Positions 27,437-40,488 of a stretch of DNA of 64,000 nucleotides are shown piece after piece. Source of the DNA: Octopus vulgaris (lineage: Eukaryota); assembly GCA_951406725.2 (NCBI GenBank), contig OX597815.1, positions 202,368,001 to 202,432,000 of the forward strand, read 5' to 3'. Within the stretch, counting starts at the first letter, position 1. Each line of letters opens with the position of its first letter. Under the pieces are notes generated by a model. The model did not search any database. It had not been told where the DNA came from and worked only from the letters and a program-made list of their open reading frames with translations. The position numbers and the translations under genes are program-made.

Positions 27437-28912
27437 CTATTCCTGAGCGCTATACTAATACATTTGTTTGTTTGTACTCCACCTGCCTTCGTCTTTTGTT
27501 TATTTTCGTAAACTTTCCCGTTATATATATATATATATATATATACATACACTGTGCGTGTGTATGTGTTTGTTAGTGTGCCTCTGTAGACATTATATAT
27601 GTATATACATAGATATATTATACCATATATTGAAGTAGACACCACTTAACAAATTGATTTCTTTGCAAACATAGTCAAGCTTCTAATAAATCATGGGTAT
27701 ACAGCACCATTCCTTTGAGGCTTCATCTTATTTATCGATACGTGTGTGCATTGCATATACAATATTTCATTCCTCGTTCTGAATTCTTTCTAGTATACTA
27801 ATTATGTATGCATGGTAATAACACACCTATTGTATTGCATTCACATTTTCACTTTTATAGATATTGAATACTATTTTACGTGAATTTAACGCTTATAATA
27901 ATGAAGTACAAGTCAAATACTCTGTTTTATGCCATATTTTATTAGAAGAACCAGAAGTAATTTTATGAAATATATTCAAAAACAGATATATCTCTCCCAT
28001 TCAATATTAAATAGACAATATATTTTATAACGCATTCATATCATTTCCATGTCATCGATTGGTTTTAATCAATATTATGCACATTTTAGGAAATGTCTCA
28101 TTATATTTCACTGCATAGAAAGAATCATAATGGGAGAACAATGGCACTAAAAGCCTGTCACCTACATTCTTTGTATTGTTTTGATAAAAGCTATTTTATA
28201 ACTGAATTAATGTTAGCGCAAAAGTATGACCTACTGGAGATATGAAATATACATGAGTGATAGAATGTTCTATAGCTTGAATCGCGGGAGATGTTTTGCG
28301 TATTCCTTTTTGATACACTGATTGACTGTATTTAAAAAAATGCTTTTGCATGAAAGAACGATTTTTTTTTGGGTAAAGTACCACAAACATCTTGTGTCAA
28401 AATAAGAAATTAAGGTGAAAATAGTACAAGTAACTGAATCCAATAACTGTAATGCAACTGAGGCACAAAACAAAATATAGCGATAACCACTTAGCAAATG
28501 CCAATAAAGCATGCTTTATGGCGGCAACGTAGGAATAATAATAGTATATGTTAAAAGAAATAAGCTCTTTAAACGTAAACATTTACAAATGAAATAGAGA
28601 CGATTTGTTTCAGAGAAAATTGTCCTATGTTTCAGAATTTCTACCTCCATACATCGGTATTGAGCTGAACAAAAAGCTGTTTTTACACATTGAGTGGGGA
28701 CACTTGTTATGATACGACAGGTTTTTCTGGGATTATCAGAAGAAAGCGACAAGCATCTTAATCCCAAAACATTACGGATATAATGTAGTGAAAATAAAAT
28801 TAGCGCACACGATAGGTGTGCAGGTCACACTCCTTCCCCACCCTACCGAAAAAGAAATTATTCATATATGTTTGTATGAATGCATGTAGATGCGTCATAT
28901 ATACATTTATAC

Positions 28913-28971
<59 letters not shown>

Positions 28972-28987
28972 GGATATATATCCGTAC

Positions 28988-29028
<41 letters not shown>

Positions 29029-29589
29029 AATGAATGTTTTTATATATAATGAACGTGAAATACAGGAACTCCTCCAGCTGGGACGAACACGGAACACAGA
29101 CAAATCATTCGACAGCCGAGGTATTGACCTCTCGTCAGCGTGTCAATCTTCGCCAGTCAGACACCGAATCATCATAGCAAATTTCGGCTGTTCAATTCTG
29201 ATATTTGCTCCAACTCGGCCAGCCCCAAGAAAAAAACTAAGCTGTAAGCATTAGATTTCTTGGTAGAAGACAGGAATGTGAACGCACAAGACGGATGTAA
29301 ATACAAGAGACGAAAACGAAATTGAAAACAGTAATGAATAAACAAAAATATATATAACGGTGGTTGTCATACGACTTTAGACCAAATGAGACAGAAACAA
29401 CAACAACATAGCAGCTGGCGTAGAAATAATTACCGTTTCGGTAGCGGGGACACATGTTGGTCGAGATACGATGGCCAACAGAATGGTTTAAGAAGCAGCA
29501 GGTTGCAGGAGAGAGAGAGAAAGAGAGACAGAGAGAGAGGGAATCAACACACACACACACACTACACATACACACACACACACATATTT

Positions 29590-29642
<53 letters not shown>

Positions 29643-30325
29643 GCATACCACCACATATAAATAAATATAAATATACATATATATGTATGCATATGTATGT
29701 ATGCATGCATCTGTAACGGAGAAAGCTGCTTACTGATTAGGTATGTAACAATTACTAAAAACGCTAAAAGAAAGCAATTATTTATGGATTAACCTTCTGG
29801 AAATATTTTTATAAATTCATGTTCCAAGAAATTTCCTGTAATTTCGATTTCTCAAGTTTATTGAATTTTTTAAAACCCCTATTTCTCACAAATTTAAATG
29901 TACACTGCGTCCTATCCATCACATGTGTAAACATTCATTGCATTCACTGCGGAGTATTCCAATTTAAGTTGCAAAGTCTCTCACGTTCTCTTTTAAGGTT
30001 TAATTTGCTTTTAATGTTTAGGTAATGTAAAAACATTATTTACTGAAATGAAATTTTTTTTAAATGACCGTATAATTTTTTAACGCGGGATAGTTGTGAG
30101 ATGTGCCTCGAAAGTTGGGTACTTACTACTAGAAGACAAGGAGGGGAAAACTCGAAAAAAGACCTTATTCACACTTTCCAAACACAACTTCAACAGTGAC
30201 ACGCCCCACCCAATACATACTGGTCCAGAGGCATAGATACACAGACACACAAATGAAAGGCAATGAATGTGTGCGTGTGTGCGCGGTAGTGTTTGTGTGT
30301 GCATGCGTGCGTGCGTGCGTGTGTG

Positions 30326-30357
<32 letters not shown>

Positions 30358-30985
30358 CTGCTCACTGACAAAACTTTGTGCTGCATGACTTTTGTGAAGT
30401 TTTCTCAGAGTTGCGGTTTGAAAGCTATGAATATATTTTGACACAAATTAAGTTTTCTTGTTGAAGTGAAACTAAGGTTTTTTGTGTTCTTGAATGGTAT
30501 ACTAACATCTTCCACGCTGCAATTGATTTTGTTTCAGCATACGATCTCACATCAAGTCACTTGCTATGCAAGTACATGTCTCTAAATGCCAGCAATGACC
30601 TTCTCAGGCTCTCCAATATTTTAAATTCTAAATAGAATCAGTCGGGTGCAGAGAGTAAGGTTCCGAAATGTTCATGATTTTTCAATTTTTTTTTAACATA
30701 TGAATGTATTTATGGGGGAAAAAATATTGAAAATCATCAATACATGCGTGAGTGAAAAAGAAACGTGGTGTGTTGTCTTTGGATATGCTATAAACAACAA
30801 CCAAATCGCCCTTAAATTACTTTTCCCTCTGAAAATATTTATAAAAAAATTTTTTGTCAGTAATGCTCTCCCCATGATTTTGAAGAGCAAAAAATAAAAA
30901 TTGGCCGAAATAGGACCAGAGTGGAATGATGAGGGAGGGGGATGTTAATAAAAGAGTTTTCAAAACATCTTCATACAAAGATGCC

Positions 30986-33384
30986 AAAAATTTTTCAACA
31001 AATTTTTTGAAAATTTCACCGAAATTTTACCCAAAAATTTTTCAAAAATTTTCACCGAAAATTTTACCAAAATTTCACCGAAAATTTTACCCAAAAGTTT
31101 TTCGAAAATTTCACCGAAAATTTTACCCAAAAATTTTTCAACAAATTTTCGCAGAAAATTTTAGCCAAAAATTTATCAACAAATTTTTCCAAAATATAAC
31201 CGAAAATTTTACCCAAAAATTTTTCTAAAATTTTCACAAAAATTTTAGCCAAAAATTTTTCAACAAATTTTTCCAAAATATAACCGAAAATTTTACCCAA
31301 AAATTTTTCAAAAATTTTCACAAAAAATTTTACCCAAAAATTTTTCGAAAATTTCACCGAAAATTTTACCCACAAATTTTTCCAAAAATTTCACCGAAAA
31401 TTTTACACAAAATTTTTCCAAAATTTTCACTGAAAATTTTTTTATCCAAAAATTTTTCCGAAATTTTCAAGGAAGTTTTACCCAAAAATTTTCCCAAAGT
31501 TTTCACCGAAAATTTTACCCGAAAATTTTTCCAAAATTTTCACGGAAAATTTTACCCAAAAATTTTTCGAAAATTTTGCGAAAGTTTTCAAGAAATTTTA
31601 CCCAAAAATTTTTCCAAATTTTTCACCGAAAATTTTACCCAAAAATTTTTCCAAAAATTTTTCCTAAACTTTCAAGGAAATTTTGCCCAAAAATTTTCAC
31701 CGGAATTTTTAACACAAAAATTTACACAAAAATTTTTCACAAATTTTCACCCAAAATTTTAATCAAAAATTTTTCAAAAATTTTCACCCATAATTTTAAC
31801 CAAAGATTTTTCCGAAATTTTCGAAAATTTTACCCAAAAATTTTCCGAAAATTTTCACCGAAAATTTTACCCAAAAATTTTAACCAAAAATTTTTCCATA
31901 AATTTCACCGAAAATTTTACCCAAAAATTTTTCCAAATTTTTCACCGAAAATTTTACCCAAAAATTTTAACCAAAAATTTTTCCATAAATTAATTTTACC
32001 CTCAATTGTTGAAATTATAATTCATCTTTCTCTATTTAATGCCTCGGATTTTACCGAAAAAAAAGCATGTTGTTTGTTGATTTTAACCCACGCTGGTGGA
32101 AGGGGGAGAGCAGAAATTCTTCGCTTGCATATTTGAATTTGCTGGCACTGTTAGTTGCGAGTAGATCTTCGGAGGCGATGGGAAGCCGAATAGGTATGCT
32201 CCTGCTTTCAGTGTTTTCAAATCCAAACCAGGGAGTTCTGAGCAGATGATAGAAGTGTCGAGTTTGACTAATCTTGAAAAGTACGTTCTCAAATAACCTT
32301 TGCATTTGATTTTTTAATGTTTCTACCCTCATACTTTCGTGAGTTGAATTGAACAAGCACTATATGAGAGAGATTTTCTTTAAGTATTGGAAATAGTTTT
32401 AAAATTGTAAATTTTCCCAAAATTTTCACCTAAAATTTTACCCAAAAATTTTTCCGAAATTTTCAACAAAAAATTTCACCGAAAATTTTACCCAAAAATT
32501 TTTCAAAAATTTTCACCGAAAATTTTACCCAAATGTTTTTCAACAAATTTTAACAAAATTTCACCGAAAATTTTACCCAAATATTTTTCGAAAATTTTCA
32601 CCGAAAATTTTACCAAAAAATTTTTCAAACATTTTCACCGAAAATTTTAGCCAAAAATTTTTCAACAAATTTTTCCAAAATATAACCAAAAATTTTACCC
32701 AAAAATTTTTCGAAAATTTCTCCGAAAATTTTACCTAGAAATTTTTCAAATATTTCCACCGAAAATTTTACCCAAAAATTTTTCAAAAATTTTCAAAGAA
32801 AATTTTAACTAAAAATTTTTCGATAATTTTCCAGGAAATTTTACCGAAAATTTTTCAAAAATTTTAACCGAAAATTTTACCAAAAATTTTTCAAAATTTG
32901 AAGAGCGAAAAATACCCAGAAATTTTTCAAATATTTTCACCGAAAATTTTACCCAAAAATTTTTCAAACATTTTCACTGAAAATTTTACCCAAAAATTTT
33001 TCAAAATTTTCTCAGAAAATTTTAGCCAAAAATTTTTCAACAAATTTTCCAAAATATAACCGAAAATTTTACCCAAAAATTTTTCAAAAATTTTCACAAA
33101 AAATTTTAACCAAAAATTTTTCGAAAATTTCACCGAAAATTTTACCCAGAAATTTTTCAAATATTTTCACCGAAAATTTTAACAAAAATTTTTCTAAAAT
33201 TTTCGAAGAAAATTTTAACTAAAAATTTTTCGATAATTTTCAAGGTAAAAATTTTTCAAAAATTTTCGCCGAAAATTTTACCCAAAAATTTTCGCCAAAT
33301 TTTACCCAAAAATTTTTCCAAAAATTTCACACAAAATATTTCCAAAATTTTCACTGAAAAAATTTTCAAATTTTCAAAAACATT
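30986..33384 (+). repeat. AAAATTTT-core satellite, C-rich orientation (interrupted by unique DNA at 32002-32405)
   Basis: 11-13-bp units such as AAAATTTTCACCG, AAAATTTTACCC and AAAAATTTTTC in a roughly 36-bp higher-order pattern. Confidence 0.95.
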
Positions 33385-36300
33385 TTTCCTTGAAAATTAT
33401 CGAAAAATATTTGGGTAAAATTTTCGGTGAAATTTTGTTAAAATTTGTTGAAAAACTTTTGGGTAAAATTTTCGGTGAAAATTTTGGAAAAATTTTTGGG
33501 TAAAATTTTCGGTGAAAATTTTTGAAAAATTTTTGGTTAAAATTTTCGGTGAAATTTTGGAAAGATTTTTTGAAAAATTTCTCGGTAAAATTTTCTGTGA
33601 AAATTTTTGGTAAAATTTTCGGTTAAAATTTTTGAAAAATTTTGGGTAAAATTTCCTTGAAAATTATCGAAAAATTTTTAGTTAAAATTTTCTTTGAAAA
33701 TTTTTGGGTAAAATTTTCGGTGAAAATATTTGAAAAATTTCTGGGTAAAATTTTCGGTGAAATTTTCGGAAAATTTCTGGGTAAAGTTTTCTGAAAAATT
33801 TTTGAAAAAATTTTTGGGTAAAATTTTCGGTGAAATTTATGGAAAAATTTTTGGTTAAAATTTTCGTTGAAATTTATGGAAAAATTTTTGGGTAAAATTC
33901 CTTGAAAATTTCGGAAAAATCTTTGGTTAAAATTATGGGTGAAAATTTTTGAAAAATTTTTGATTAAAATTTTGGGTGAAAATTTGCGAAAAATTTTTGT
34001 GTAAATTTTTGTGTAAAATTTCCGGTGAAAATTTTTGGGTAAAATTTCCTTGAAAGTTTCGGAAAAATTTTTGGAAAAATTTTTGGGTAAAATTTTCGAT
34101 GAAAAATTTGGAAAATTTTTGGGTAAAATTTCCTTGAAAACTTTCGCAAAATTTTTGGAAAAATTTTTGGGTAAAATTTTCGGGTAAAATTTTCGGTGAA
34201 AACTTTGGGAAAATTTTTGGGTAAAACTTCCTTGAAAATTTCGGAAAAACTTTTGGGTAAAATTTTCGGTGAAAATTTAGAAAAAATTTTTGGGTAAGAT
34301 TTTCGGTGGAATTTTTGGAAAATTTTTGCGTAAAATTTTCAGTGAAAATTTTGGAAAAATTTTGTGTAAAATTTTCGGTGAAATTTTTGGAAAAATTTCT
34401 GGGTAAAATTTTCGGTGAAATTTTCGAAAAATTTTTAGGTAAAATTTTTTGTGAAAATTTTTGAAAAATTTTGGGTAAAATTTTCGGTTATATTTTGGAA
34501 AAATTTGTTGAAAAATTTTTGGCTAAAATTTTCTGTGAAAAGTTTTGAAAAATTTTTGGGTAAAATTTTCGGTTATATTTTGGAAAAATTTGTTGATAAA
34601 TTTTTGGCTAAAATTTTCTGCGAAAATTTGTTGAAAAATTTTTGGGTAAAATTTTCGGTGAAATTTTCGAAAAACTTTTGGGTAAAATTTTCGGTGAAAT
34701 TTTGGTAAAATTTTCGGTGAAAATTTTTGAAAAATTTTTGGGTAAAATTTCGGTGAAATTTTCAAAAAATTTGTTGAAAAATTTTTGGCATCTTTGTATG
34801 AAGATGTTTTGAAAACTCTTTTATTAACATGCCCCTCCCTCATCATTCCACTCTGGTCCTATTTCGGCCAATTTTTATTTTTTGCTCTTCAAAATTTTAG
34901 CCCCAGGATGACGCACTCCTCCAGCTGGCCATAGACACACTATCTGTGTCCTGTCAGTATTTGCAAAGGGAAGTCATCCTTCCTGTCTTCAACTTATGAT
35001 ACACACGGACTCGAGTTTCGAGGTATTGACCTCTCGTCAGCGTGTGACAATCATAGTTGTCGCCGAGAATTAGATTTCCTTCACAAATATTATACTTTTT
35101 CCAGCGTCCACTGTCGCTGATATTGAAAAATTTTGGGTAAAATTTTCGGTGAAATTTTTTGGTGAAAATTTCGGAAAAATTTTTGGGTAAAATTTTCGGT
35201 GAAAATTTTGGGAAAATTTTTGAAAAATTTTTGTGTAAAATTTTGGAAAAATTTTTGTGAAAAATTTGTGTAAAATTTTCGTGAAAATTTTAGAAAAATT
35301 TTTGTGTAAAATTTTCGGTGAAATTTTTGGAAAAATTTTTTTGAGTAAAATTTTTAGGTAAAATTTTCGCCGACAAATTTAGAAAAATTTTTGGGTAAAA
35401 CTTCCTTGAAAATTTCGGAAAAATTTTTGTGTAAAATTTTCGGTGAAAATTTTGGAAAAATTTTTGGGTAAAATTTTCCGTGAAAATTTTTGAAAAATTT
35501 TTGGTTAAAATTTTCGGTGAAATTTTGGAAAAATTTTTTGAAACATTTCTCGGTAAAATTTTCTGTGAAAATTTTTGAAAAATTTTTAGTAAAATTTTCG
35601 GTTAAAATTTTTGAAAAATTTTTGGTAAAATTTCCTTGAAAATTATCAATAAATTTTTAGTTAAAATTTTCTTTGAAAATTTTTGAAAAATTTTTGGGTA
35701 AAATTTTCGGTGGAAATATTTGAAAAATTTCTAGGTAAAATTTTCGGTGAAATTTTCGAAAAATTTTTGGGTAAAATTTTTGGTTATATTTTGGAAAAAT
35801 TTGTTGAACAATTTTTGGCTAAAATTTTCTGTGAAAATTTTTGAAAAATTTTTCGGTAAAATTTTCCGTGAAAATATCTGAAAAATTTTTTGGTAAGATT
35901 TTCGATGAAATTTTCGAAAAATATTTGGGAAAAATTTTCGGTTATATTTTGGAAAAATTTGTTGAAAAATTTTTGGCTAAAATTTTCTTAGAAAATTTTT
36001 GAAAAATTTTTGGGTAAAATTTTCGGTGAAAATGTTTGAAAAATTTTGGGGTAATATTTTCGGTGAAAATATTTGAAAAATTTCTGGGTATTTTTCGCTC
36101 TTCAAATTTTGAAAAATTTTTGGTAAAATTTTCGTTTAAAATTTTTGAAAAATTTTCGGTAAAATTTCCTGGAAAATTATCGAAAAATTTTTAGTTAAAA
36201 TTTTCTTTGAAAATTTTTGAAAAATTTTTAGGTAAAATTTTCGGTGAAAATGTTTGAAAAATTTTTTGGTGAAATTTTCGAAATATATTTGGGTAAAATT

Positions 36301-36623
36301 TTCGGTGAAATTTTGTTAAAATTTGTTGAAAAACTTTTGGGTAAAATTTTCGGTGAAATTTTTGAGAAACTTTTGGGTAAAATTTTCGGTGAAATTTTTT
36401 GGTGAAAATTTCGGACAAATTTTTGGGTAAAATTTTAGGTGAAAATTTTGGGAAAATTTACAATTTGTTGAAAAATTTTTGGGTAAAATTTTCGGTGAAA
36501 TTTTCGAAAAACTTTTGGGTAAAATTTTCGGTGAAATTTTGGTAAAATTTTCGGTGAAAATTTTTGAAAAATTTTTGGGTAAAATTTCGGTGAAATTTTC
36601 AAAAAATTTGTTGAAAAATTTTT
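33385..36623 (-). repeat. Same satellite, G-rich (inverted) orientation, interrupted at 34787-35124
   Basis: Units GGGTAAAATTTT and CGGTGAAAATTTT. The interruption is the inverted tip of segment A (34787-34894) plus the HHR-bearing unit B (34895-35124). Confidence 0.95.
35002..35046 (-). ncRNA. Perfect minimal type I hammerhead ribozyme
   Basis: Minus strand: cacacg-CTGACGA-gaggt caat acctc-GAAA-ctcgag-TC-cgtgtg. 6-bp stem I, 5-bp stem II, palindromic stem III ACTCGAGT, GUC triplet. Predicted cut between 35008 and 35007. Confidence 0.92.
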
Positions 36624-37250
36624 GGCATCTTTGTATGAAGATGTTTTGAAAACTCTTTTATTAACATCCCCCTCCCTCATCATTCCACTCTGGTCCTATT
36701 TCGGCCAATTTTTATTTTTTGCTCTTCAAAATCATGGGGAGAGCATTACTGACAAAAAATTTTTTTATAAATGTTTTCAGAGGGAAAAGTAATTTAAGGG
36801 CGATTTGGTTGTTGTTTATAGCATATCCAAAGACAACACACCACGTTTCTTTTTCACTCACGCATGTATTGATGATTTTCAATATTTTTTCCCCCATAAA
36901 TACATTCATATGTTAAAAAAAATTGAAAAATCATGAACATTTCGGAACCTTACTCTCTGCACCCGACTGATTCTATTTAGAATTTAAAATATTGGAGAGC
37001 CTGAGAAGGTCATTGCTGGCATTTAGAGACATGTACTTGCATAGCAAGTGACTTGATGTGAGATTGTATGCTGAAACAAAATCAATTGCAGCGTGGAAGA
37101 TGTTAGTATACCATTCAAGAACACAAAAAACCTTAGTTTCACTTCAACAAGAAAACTTAATTTGTGTCAAAATATATTCATAGCTTTCAAACCGCAACTC
37201 TGAGAAAACTTCACAAAAGTCATGCAGCACAAAGTTTTGTCAGTGAGCAG

Positions 37251-37284
<34 letters not shown>

Positions 37285-37964
37285 CACACACGCACGCACG
37301 CACGCATGCACACACAAACACTACCGCGCACACACGCACACATTCATTGCCTTTCATTTGTGTGTCTGTGTATCTATGCCTCTGGACCAGTATGTATTGG
37401 GTGGGGCGTGTCACTGTTGAAGTTGTGTTTGGAAGGTGTGAATAAAGTGTTTTTTCGAATTTTCCCCTCCTTGTCTTCTAGTAGTAAGTACCCAACTTTC
37501 GAGGCACATCTCACAACTATCCCGCGTTAAAAAATTATACGGTCATTTAAAAAAATTTCATTTCAGTAAATAATGTTTTTACATTACCTAAACATTAAAA
37601 GCAAATTAAACCTTAAAAGAGAACGTGAGAGACTTTGCAACTTAAAATGGAATACTCCGCAGTGAATGCAATGAATGTTTACACATGTGATGGATAGGAC
37701 GCAGTGAACATTTAAATTTGTGAGAAATAGGGGTTTAAAAAATTCAATAAACTTGAGAAATCGAAATTACAGGAAATTTCTTGGAACATGAATTTATAAA
37801 AATATTTCCAGACGGTTAATCCATAAATAATTGCTTTCTTTTAGCGTTTTTAGTAATTGTTACATACCTAATCAGTAAGCAGCTTTCTCCGTTACAGATG
37901 CATGCATACATATATATGTATATTTATATTTATATTTATATTTATATATATGTGGTGGTATGCT

Positions 37965-38037
<73 letters not shown>

Positions 38038-38038
<1 letters not shown>

Positions 38039-38374
38039 ACAATGATAAATATCAAAGTGAGTTATATACAGTAGCGGTAACACATCGTGACGTATTTTTG
38101 CCATTTCAATATGGCTAACCCCTAAGGGTGGATGCTACTGTAGTTTTTAGCCCCAGGAGGACGCACTCCTCCCGCTGGCCATAGACACACTATCTGTGTC
38201 CTGTCAGTATTTGCAAAGGGAAGTCATCCTTCCTGTCTTCAACTTATGATACACACGGACTCGAGTTTCGAGGTATTGACCTCTCGTCAGCGTGTGACAA
38301 TCATAGTTGTCGCCGAGAATTAGATTTCCTTCACAAATACTTATACTTTTTCCAGCGTCCACTGTCGCTGATAT
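38038..38374 (-). mobile_element. pLTR-like unit B (longer copy), abutting (TA)n; 38145-38374 is repeated at 34895-35124
   Basis: Direct repeat with offset 3250 and few substitutions. Contains the hammerhead. A related diverged fragment is at ~29066-29150. Confidence 0.7.
38252..38296 (-). ncRNA. Perfect minimal type I hammerhead ribozyme (identical to 35002-35046)
   Basis: Same 45-nt sequence. Predicted cut between 38258 and 38257. Confidence 0.92.
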
Positions 38375-39660
38375 TGAAAAATTTTGGGTAAAATTTTCGG
38401 TGAAATATTTTGGTGAAAATTTCGGAAAAATTTTTGGGTAAAATTTTCGGTGAAAATTTTGGGAAAATTTTTGGGTAAAATTTTCCGTGAAAATTTTTGA
38501 AAAATTTTTGTGTAAAATTTTGGAAAAATTTTTGTGAAAAATTTGTGTAAAATTTTCGGAGAAAATTTTGGAAAAATTTTTGTGTAAAATTTTCGGTGAA
38601 ATTTTTGGAAAAATTTTTTTGAGTAAAATTTTTAGGTAAAATTTCCGCCGACAAATTTAGAAAAATTTTTGGGTAAAACTTCCTTGAAAATTTCGGAAAA
38701 ATTTGTGTAAAATTTTCGGTGAAAATTTTGGAAAAATTTTTGGGTAAAATTTTCCGTGAAAATTTTTGAAAAATTTTTGGTTAAAATTTTCGGTGAAATT
38801 TTGGAAAAATTTTTTGAAACATTTCTCGGTAAAATTTTCTGTCAAAATTTTTGAAAAATTCTTGGTAAAATTTTGGAAAAATTTTTGTGAAAAATTTGTG
38901 TAAAATTTTCCTTGAAAATTTTGGAAAAATTTTTGTGTAAAATTTTCGGTGAAATTTTTGGAAAAATTTTTTTGAGTAAAATTTTTAGGTAAAATTTTCG
39001 CCGACAAATTTAGAAAAATTTTTGGGTAAAACTTCCTTGAAAATTTCGGAAAAATTTTTGTGTAAAATTTTCGGTGAAAATTTTGGAAAAATTTTTGGGT
39101 AAAATTTTCCGTGAAAATTTTTGAAAAATTTTTGGTTAAAATTTTCGGTGAAATTTTGGAAAAATTTTTTGAAACAATTCTCGGTAAAATTTTCTGTGAA
39201 AATTTTTGAAAAATTTTTGGTAAAATTTTCGGTTAAAATTTTTGAAAAATTTTGGGTAAAATTTCCTTGAAAATTATCGAAAAATATTTGGGTAAAATTT
39301 TACCCAAATATTTTTCGAAAATTTCACCGAAAATTTTACCAAAAAATTTTTCAAACATTTTCACCGAAAATTTTACCCAAAAATTTTTCAAAAATTTTCA
39401 CAAAAAATTTTAGCCAAAACTTTTTCAACAAATTTTTCCAAAATATAACCAAAATTTTACCCAAAAATTTTTCGAAAATTTCACCGAAAATTTTACCTAG
39501 AAATTTTTCAAATATTTCCACCGAAAATTTTACCCAAAAATTTTTCAAAAATTTTCAAAGAAAATTTTAACTAAAAATTTTTCGATAGTTTTCCAGGAAA
39601 TTTTACCGAAAATTTTTCAAAAATTTTTACCGAAAATTTTACCAAAAATTTTTCAAAATT
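38375..39660. repeat. Satellite array switching from G-rich to C-rich orientation at 39297/39298
   Basis: Perfect 42-bp palindrome at 39277-39318 marks the switch. Confidence 0.95.
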
Positions 39661-40488
39661 TGAAGAGCAAAAAATAAAAATTGGCCGAAATAGCACCAGA
39701 GTGGAATGATGAGGGAGGGGGATGTTAATAAAAGAGTTTTCAAAACATCTTCATACAAAGATGCCCGCAACCATTTGGACGGCTGTGGTTTAAAAAATAA
39801 AGAAAATCACCGAAAACATTTTCCCGGCAAATATCTTTATAATCGTAATCTATGCCGTTTGAAAGGTATTCGTATAAATCTTCATTAAAACAATCACATC
39901 TTCCTGAGGGTAAAAATTCAGATCTCCAAAATTATCTATCTCCAACCAAAATCCTCAATAAAAATTTTCAAATATAAGTACAAAAACCGACATACATAGA
40001 AATATCTATTTAGGTGCGAGCAAGTTGGAGTGCCATTTTATTTTTTTCTCATCGTTTTGGGTTTTTTTAATTCTTTTTTTATGTTTTAACTTTGAAATTT
40101 AGAATTTTTATATTTGAAATAAATTTTTGCGTTATATTTTATTATATTCCCATTTTTATGTATGAATTAATACGCAGCCTTCTAATACCCCACTTTCACA
40201 TATATCCAGAGACCTAATATATAAAAAATATATATATTATAAAAAGGTTGAAAGGAATTGAAGAAATATTTATAAACACTTGGACCCTAAAATCTACCTT
40301 CAAACAACACAAGGTTTAAAATTTCTACATACAGATCAAATTGTTTATTGAACAGTTAAATGAACAGCTACAGAGAAACTTTCAGATCAACAACTTTTAC
40401 TCTTACCCACATACATTTATGAACATCAAAGCACAATATAAACAAATTCCTTTGCTAACAACATGACATGCCTGCCAAATAAACCTCA

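Larger units (their letters stand above)
29640..37965. repeat. Large inverted duplication: segment A (29640-30985) and its reverse complement (36624-37965), extended inward by oppositely oriented satellite
   Basis: Near-identical by direct comparison. The ORF track shows mirror ORFs (30700+/36712-, 30926+/36435-, 30196+/37220-). Confidence 0.95.
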
